This document shows, piece after piece, positions 59,949 through 64,000 of a stretch of DNA of 64,000 bases (its first letter is position 1; each line of letters opens with the position of its first letter). The stretch is taken from positions 2,863 to 66,862 of the forward strand of contig JBCQVM010000005.1 of the NCBI GenBank assembly GCA_047173105.1. The letters run 5' to 3'. This DNA comes from Rikenellaceae bacterium (GTDB taxonomy: Bacteria; Bacteroidota; Bacteroidia; Bacteroidales; Rikenellaceae). Below the pieces are notes generated by a model that ran no database searches, was not told the DNA's origin, and was given only the letters and a program-made list of their open reading frames with translations. The translations under genes and the position numbers were made by a program.

Positions 59949-60038
59949 CTATTTCTTCTTGTGACGATTCTTGCGCAATTGTTTTTTGCGCTTGTGGGTA
60001 GCCATCTTATGCCTTTTTCTCTTCTTACCGCTTGGCAT
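59949..60038 (-). CDS. 29-aa highly basic peptide, bS22/AURKAIP1-COX24-like small ribosomal-type protein
   Basis: Manual read: ATG 60038..60036 to TAG 59951..59949 gives MPSGKKRKRHKMATHKRKKQLRKNRHKKK. Too short for the ORF track. Starts 29 nt after the HU stop on the same strand, and a hairpin follows at 59874-59911. Confidence 0.6.
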   Translation of the reverse strand: MPSGKKRKRHKMATHKRKKQLRKNRHKKK

Positions 60039-60067
60039 AATTTTAATTTTTTAGTTGTTCGTATTAT

Positions 60068-60340
60068 TTACTTTACCTTCGCAGCGAAGCTTTTAGCTGG
60101 CTTAAACGCAGGGATCTTGTGTTCTGGGATTGTGATTGTTGTGTTCTTCGAGATGTTACGAGCCACTTTCTCTGCACGTGTTTTGATAATAAAGCTACCA
60201 AATCCGCGAAGGTAAACATTGTTGTTAGCAGCCATAGAATCTTTTACAGTCTCCATAAATGCCTCTACGATAGTTTGCACTTGCAACTTCTCTACGCCTG
60301 TTGTTTTAGCGATTTCGCTAACGATATCTGCCTTTGTCAT
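60068..60340 (-). CDS. hup: HU family DNA-binding protein
   Basis: I prefer the ATG at 60340 (MTKADIVSEIA...), 90 aa. Motifs: GFGSF, R.ARN..T. Confidence 0.92.
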   Translation of the reverse strand: MTKADIVSEIAKTTGVEKLQVQTIVEAFMETVKDSMAANNNVYLRGFGSFIIKTRAEKVARNISKNTTITIPEHKIPAFKPAKSFAAKVK

Positions 60341-60388
60341 GTTTGAAAATATATAATTTAGTTTAATAATTGCCCACACTTGGGACTG

Positions 60389-60396
60389 CAAATATA
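60389..60396 (-). promoter_or_regulatory. -7 box TATATTTG upstream of hup
   Basis: The plus strand reads CAAATATA, 49 nt upstream of the hup ATG. A CAAA lies 23 nt further upstream. Confidence 0.35.
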
Positions 60397-60536
60397 AGGT
60401 TTATTTTGTTATATCACAACAAACTACAACTTTTTTTTATTTTTTTTTGCAACACTTTATATAATATGAAGCATTGATGACGGATTTTTTTTATATTCCA
60501 CCTGTGGGCTTATCGCTTTTTCGACAAGATTTCGGA

Positions 60537-62636
60537 TTACTTAAGATAGCGATCCAGCCACCCAAAGAACTCACGGTTCCAAACCAACGAGTTCTGAGGC
60601 TTCAACACTTGGTGACCCTCATCGGGAAACTCCACCAAACGAGCATCGAGGCCACGCATGCGAGCTGCCGTAAATGCCTGAAGCGATTGAGTATAGGGAA
60701 TGCGGAAGTCATTCTCGCCGGTGATAATTAGCATCGGCGTGTCCCACTTGTCGATAAGGGTGTGGGGGGAGGCAGCGTAAGAGCGCATAGCGGTAGCGTT
60801 GTCCTTCTCCCAATATGCTCCGCCGTAGTCGTTGTTGAGGAAGAATAGTTCCTCTGTCTCGCCATACATCGACTCGAAGTTAAATATTCCGCAGTGCGAG
60901 ATAAAACTCTTGAAGCGACCCTCGTGCACACCGGCCAAATAGTAGACCGAGTAGCCTCCATACGAAGCACCGACACATCCCAATCGCGATGAGTCCACCC
61001 ACGCCTCCTTCGAGAGTGCGTCGATTGCCGAGAGGTAATCCTTGATATTTTGACCCGAATAGTCGCCCGAGATTTGATCCAACCACTCTTGACCAAACGA
61101 GGGGAGCCCGCGGCGGTTCGGCGCCACGACGACATAGCCCTGAGCGGCCATCAGCTGGAAGTTCCAGCGGTAGCTCCAGAATTGCGACACTACGCTCTGA
61201 GGGCCACCCTGACAATAGAGCAGTGTAGGGTACTTCTTAGCGGGGTCGAAGTTGGGAGGTAGGATCACCCATGTGAGCATCTGCTTGCCATCGGTGGTCT
61301 TGATCCAGCGCTTCTGCACCTCGCCCATTGTGATATTGTCGTATACATCTTGGTTGATCTGCGAGAATTGAGTCATCTCGCCCGTGCCTAAGTTAATGTC
61401 GTAGAGCTCCGAGGCTTGCGAGATCTTAGTAACCTCGGCGATAGCAACACCTCCGGCAATGCTCACCGCATTGATATCATGGTCGCCATGGGTCAAGACC
61501 CCAACCGTGCCATTGAGGTTGACCTTGCAGAGTTGGTGCGTAGCCTCGATCGGAGCAATAAAGTAGAGCTCACGCACGCCATCCCACACCACATTCGAGG
61601 CATTGTAGTCGAAGTTTGCAGTAAGGTCACTCATCGACTTCGAGGCGAAGTTATAGACATACAGGCGCTCCTTGTCCGACTCATTGCCCGCCCGGCGCTG
61701 CGAAATAAAGGCTACAGCCGAGTCGTCGGGAGCCCACACAGGGTATTTGTCGTAGCCCACGAAGCTGCTACGATCCCCCGTCTTGCATATATTCTCTGTC
61801 TGCTGATTATCCACATTATATATATAGATATCCGAATCGGTCGACACAGCATACTCGGCGCCGGTGAGCGGCTTGCAGGTATATGCCAATCTATCGCCCG
61901 CGTTGCTCCATGCGATCTCGCCACAATCGAAGTAGGGAGCAAGAGGGGTATCCCATGCGGCATCCTCGCCAATAATATCTACGCCATCCTTAGCTCTGCC
62001 CTTTTTGTCGAGGTCAGCAACGAAGATATGGAGATATTCGCCCTCATCCCAGTAGCTCCAGTGGCGCACCATAAGGTCGTCGTAGATTCGCGCTGTGGAG
62101 CGCTCCATCTCGGGGTAAAAATCTTTGGCCATGCGCTGCGCCACCTTTACGCTCTTAACGTAAAAGAGTTTATCGCCGCGTGGCGATACGCCAAAGCCCT
62201 CTATGTCGCCATCGATCGAGCTGATGCGCTCAATCTCGCCCCCCTCGGGTGACATCGACCATATCTGCATCGAGCCGCTACGGTTCGATAAAAAGTATAT
62301 ACGCGAACCATCCTCGCTCCAAGCTGGTGCCACATTGTTCGAGGCATGGGTGGTGAGCTGGGTGATCTGCTTCGAGGCAACATCCTCGATATAGATTGCC
62401 GTGACGCCACGATTCTGAGCCATATTGTAGTAGGTCACAGTGTAGAGCAACTTATCGCCCGCAGCATTGAGACTGCTCGACCCCACTCTACCCATCTTCC
62501 ACATCACCTCGGGGGTAAGGATACCCGCCTTACGCTCGGCGCGCGTTAGATCGTTGTCGATCTTGAGCGGCTTAATGTCGCTGCACGAGGTCGCAAGAGT
62601 TGCTATTACCATAATAAAAAATGCTATTTTTTTCAT
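60537..62636 (-). CDS. S9 family serine peptidase (beta-propeller + alpha/beta hydrolase)
   Basis: 699 aa. Lipoprotein-like signal (LATSCS), propeller repeats, GASYGGY nucleophile elbow, C-terminal D and H. Confidence 0.9.
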   Translation of the reverse strand: MKKIAFFIMVIATLATSCSDIKPLKIDNDLTRAERKAGILTPEVMWKMGRVGSSSLNAAGDKLLYTVTYYNMAQNRGVTAIYIEDVASKQITQLTTHASNNVAPAWSEDGSRIYFLSNRSGSMQIWSMSPEGGEIERISSIDGDIEGFGVSPRGDKLFYVKSVKVAQRMAKDFYPEMERSTARIYDDLMVRHWSYWDEGEYLHIFVADLDKKGRAKDGVDIIGEDAAWDTPLAPYFDCGEIAWSNAGDRLAYTCKPLTGAEYAVSTDSDIYIYNVDNQQTENICKTGDRSSFVGYDKYPVWAPDDSAVAFISQRRAGNESDKERLYVYNFASKSMSDLTANFDYNASNVVWDGVRELYFIAPIEATHQLCKVNLNGTVGVLTHGDHDINAVSIAGGVAIAEVTKISQASELYDINLGTGEMTQFSQINQDVYDNITMGEVQKRWIKTTDGKQMLTWVILPPNFDPAKKYPTLLYCQGGPQSVVSQFWSYRWNFQLMAAQGYVVVAPNRRGLPSFGQEWLDQISGDYSGQNIKDYLSAIDALSKEAWVDSSRLGCVGASYGGYSVYYLAGVHEGRFKSFISHCGIFNFESMYGETEELFFLNNDYGGAYWEKDNATAMRSYAASPHTLIDKWDTPMLIITGENDFRIPYTQSLQAFTAARMRGLDARLVEFPDEGHQVLKPQNSLVWNREFFGWLDRYLK

Positions 62637-62687
62637 ATTTACTATTTATTTTGTATATTTGTCTAAAACCTAATTAACACCAAAGCT

Positions 62688-63290
62688 ATGAACAAGACAA
62701 TATTCTTCACATTCAGATATATAACATTTGCCTCCACACCGCTCGATAATTACGATCTCACGATCGACTCGCGCGCCGACTCAATTGCCTCAATATCGAG
62801 GGCTAAGGTAGTAAATTTTTTCGAGAAATACAACTCTATCCTCTTTTTGTGCCACGCTCCACTCGATGCCTACGAGCTCTTCTGTCAAGATTTTAAGATG
62901 GTCGAAGCGGCCGGAGGAGTGGTCGAGAACCACCGCGGCGAGCAGCTTATGATCCACCGCAATGGCCGTTGGGATCTACCCAAAGGGCACTTAGAAATAG
63001 GCGAAACCATCGAGCAGTGCGCAGTGCGCGAAGTCGAAGAGGAGACCGGGATCAAAGTCGACAAGATAGGCGACAAGATCACCGAGACCCTCCATGCCTA
63101 TCCCCTACACAATAATTGGGAGATCAAAACCACGCACTGGTACTCCATGAAAAGCCACTCTGAGCAACCCAAAGGCCAACAAGAAGAGGGCATCGACCAA
63201 GTGGAATGGTGCCCCAAGCATACCGTTGCGGAGCATTTGATTGGGAGCTACCCTACGATTCAGAATGTGTTTGATGCGTTGATTCGTTAA
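62688..63290 (+). CDS. NUDIX hydrolase
   Basis: 200 aa. Nudix box GHLEIGETIEQCAVREVEEETG. The start is uncertain; an internal Met lies at about 62898. Confidence 0.78.
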   Translation: MNKTIFFTFRYITFASTPLDNYDLTIDSRADSIASISRAKVVNFFEKYNSILFLCHAPLDAYELFCQDFKMVEAAGGVVENHRGEQLMIHRNGRWDLPKGHLEIGETIEQCAVREVEEETGIKVDKIGDKITETLHAYPLHNNWEIKTTHWYSMKSHSEQPKGQQEEGIDQVEWCPKHTVAEHLIGSYPTIQNVFDALIR

Positions 63291-63292
63291 TC

Positions 63293-63514
63293 TTTTACGT
63301 CACTCCCGCGATTTTATGTCATTCCCGTGATTTTACGTCCAGTGATTTTACGTCATTCCTATGATTTTACGTCATTCCCGTGAAAACGGGAATCTTATGC
63401 AAACGCAACATTTCTCATTTAAGATTCCCGATCGAGTCGGGAATGACGTAGTAGGATACAATGAAATGCCTTGATGGGATACAATGGAATGACGCAGTGG
63501 GATACAATGGAATA
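63293..63514. repeat. family-A element (core 63369-63449) flanked by 19-bp x4 left-terminus copies and 23-bp x3 right-terminus copies
   Basis: TTTTACGTCATTCCCGTGA-type units on the left. GGGATACAATGGAATGACGCAGT-type units on the right (63453-63514). Confidence 0.88.
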
Positions 63515-63533
63515 ACAAACAGCGTAATAAAAC

Positions 63534-63974
63534 CTACGCCCCACCAGAAAAAAGCAGCGCCCAAAGCACGAATCGCACTGTGCGCCCAACGAGCATATAA
63601 ATTGCCGACACAACGAAATTCACGCGGTAGAACCCCAACGCAACCGTGACAACATCGCCAACAACAGGCAGCCACGATAGCAGCGCAATAAGAGCTCCAT
63701 AGCGCTGCACAACAGCACTTTGACGCTCTAACTTAGCACGCGAGACACGCAGGTAGCGTTCGATCCACTCCCAGCGGCCAAGCCAACCTATATAATATGT
63801 AGTGAGTCCACCGAGGAAATTACCTGCGGTAGCAGCAACGACAGCCCAAACTATATTACCGCCTGCCAAAATTGAGGCAACAAGCAGAGCATCGGAACTC
63901 AAGGGAACAAGTGTCGAGGCTAAAAAGGAACCCACAAAGAGCCCCCAATATCCCCATGCGCCAAGCAATTCCAC
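63534..63974 (-). CDS. YqaA-family (DedA/SNARE-associated-like) membrane protein
   Basis: 146 aa, four TM helices. N-terminal WGYWGLF..SFL.ST..P..S motif. Confidence 0.78.
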   Translation of the reverse strand: MELLGAWGYWGLFVGSFLASTLVPLSSDALLVASILAGGNIVWAVVAATAGNFLGGLTTYYIGWLGRWEWIERYLRVSRAKLERQSAVVQRYGALIALLSWLPVVGDVVTVALGFYRVNFVVSAIYMLVGRTVRFVLWALLFSGGA

Positions 63975-64000
63975 TTGCTACTGCTCCTTATATGCGCGTA

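Noticed and set aside
1-64000. Search for tRNA, rRNA, tmRNA, prophage, integrase, transposase, toxin-antitoxin or known defence genes.
   Set aside because: I found no T-loop or cloverleaf candidates and no recombinase-like or defence-like translations in any frame. The window is essentially core genome. I cannot run covariance-model scans, so small ncRNAs could be missed.

Overview
This 64 kb window is densely packed, mostly housekeeping chromosome. It looks like Bacteroidota, probably Bacteroidales; that placement is an inference from gene content and TAnnTTTG-type promoter boxes. I support 54 CDS.

Main gene groups:
- MoxR/DUF58 Bat-like operon.
- Information processing and repair: greA, asnS, rpoN, mutL, dnaJ-grpE, mutS2, ruvA, mfd, RNase E/G, HU.
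- Envelope: a MurF-Alr fusion, MlaD, amidase, LptD-like, PSP1/RicT-GldH-trmB, tatAC, PpiD-like, and lon-kdsB-kdsA-kdsD.
- A coaX / OM barrel / TPR / LptC / CNNM cluster.
- Others: cdaA, glutaminase plus APC permease, a reverse rubrerythrin, an S9 peptidase, NUDIX and YqaA.
- A 29-aa ribosomal-type basic peptide gene that is missing from the ORF track.

I saw no rRNA, tRNA, CRISPR, transposase, integrase or recognisable defence genes.

The structure not explained by genes is intergenic:
1. An ~85-bp double-hairpin element family sits in 10 intergenic gaps. It occurs in both orientations, shows compensatory stem changes, and often has tandem amplification of one terminus.
2. A second, GC-rich element lies just 3' of stop codons. 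One inverted pair of it builds a ~340-bp composite palindrome between the permease and glutaminase genes.

The best protein-level candidate for an uncharacterised system is a tightly coupled cytoplasmic TerY-like vWA protein plus a degenerate kinase-like/WG-repeat protein, downstream of a DUF4954 gene. A pair of FKBP-like lipoproteins with extreme poly-Asp and Tyr/Asp/Ser tracts is also unusual.

I did not find a convincing novel multi-gene system beyond these. All homology calls come from reading the translations, not from searches.
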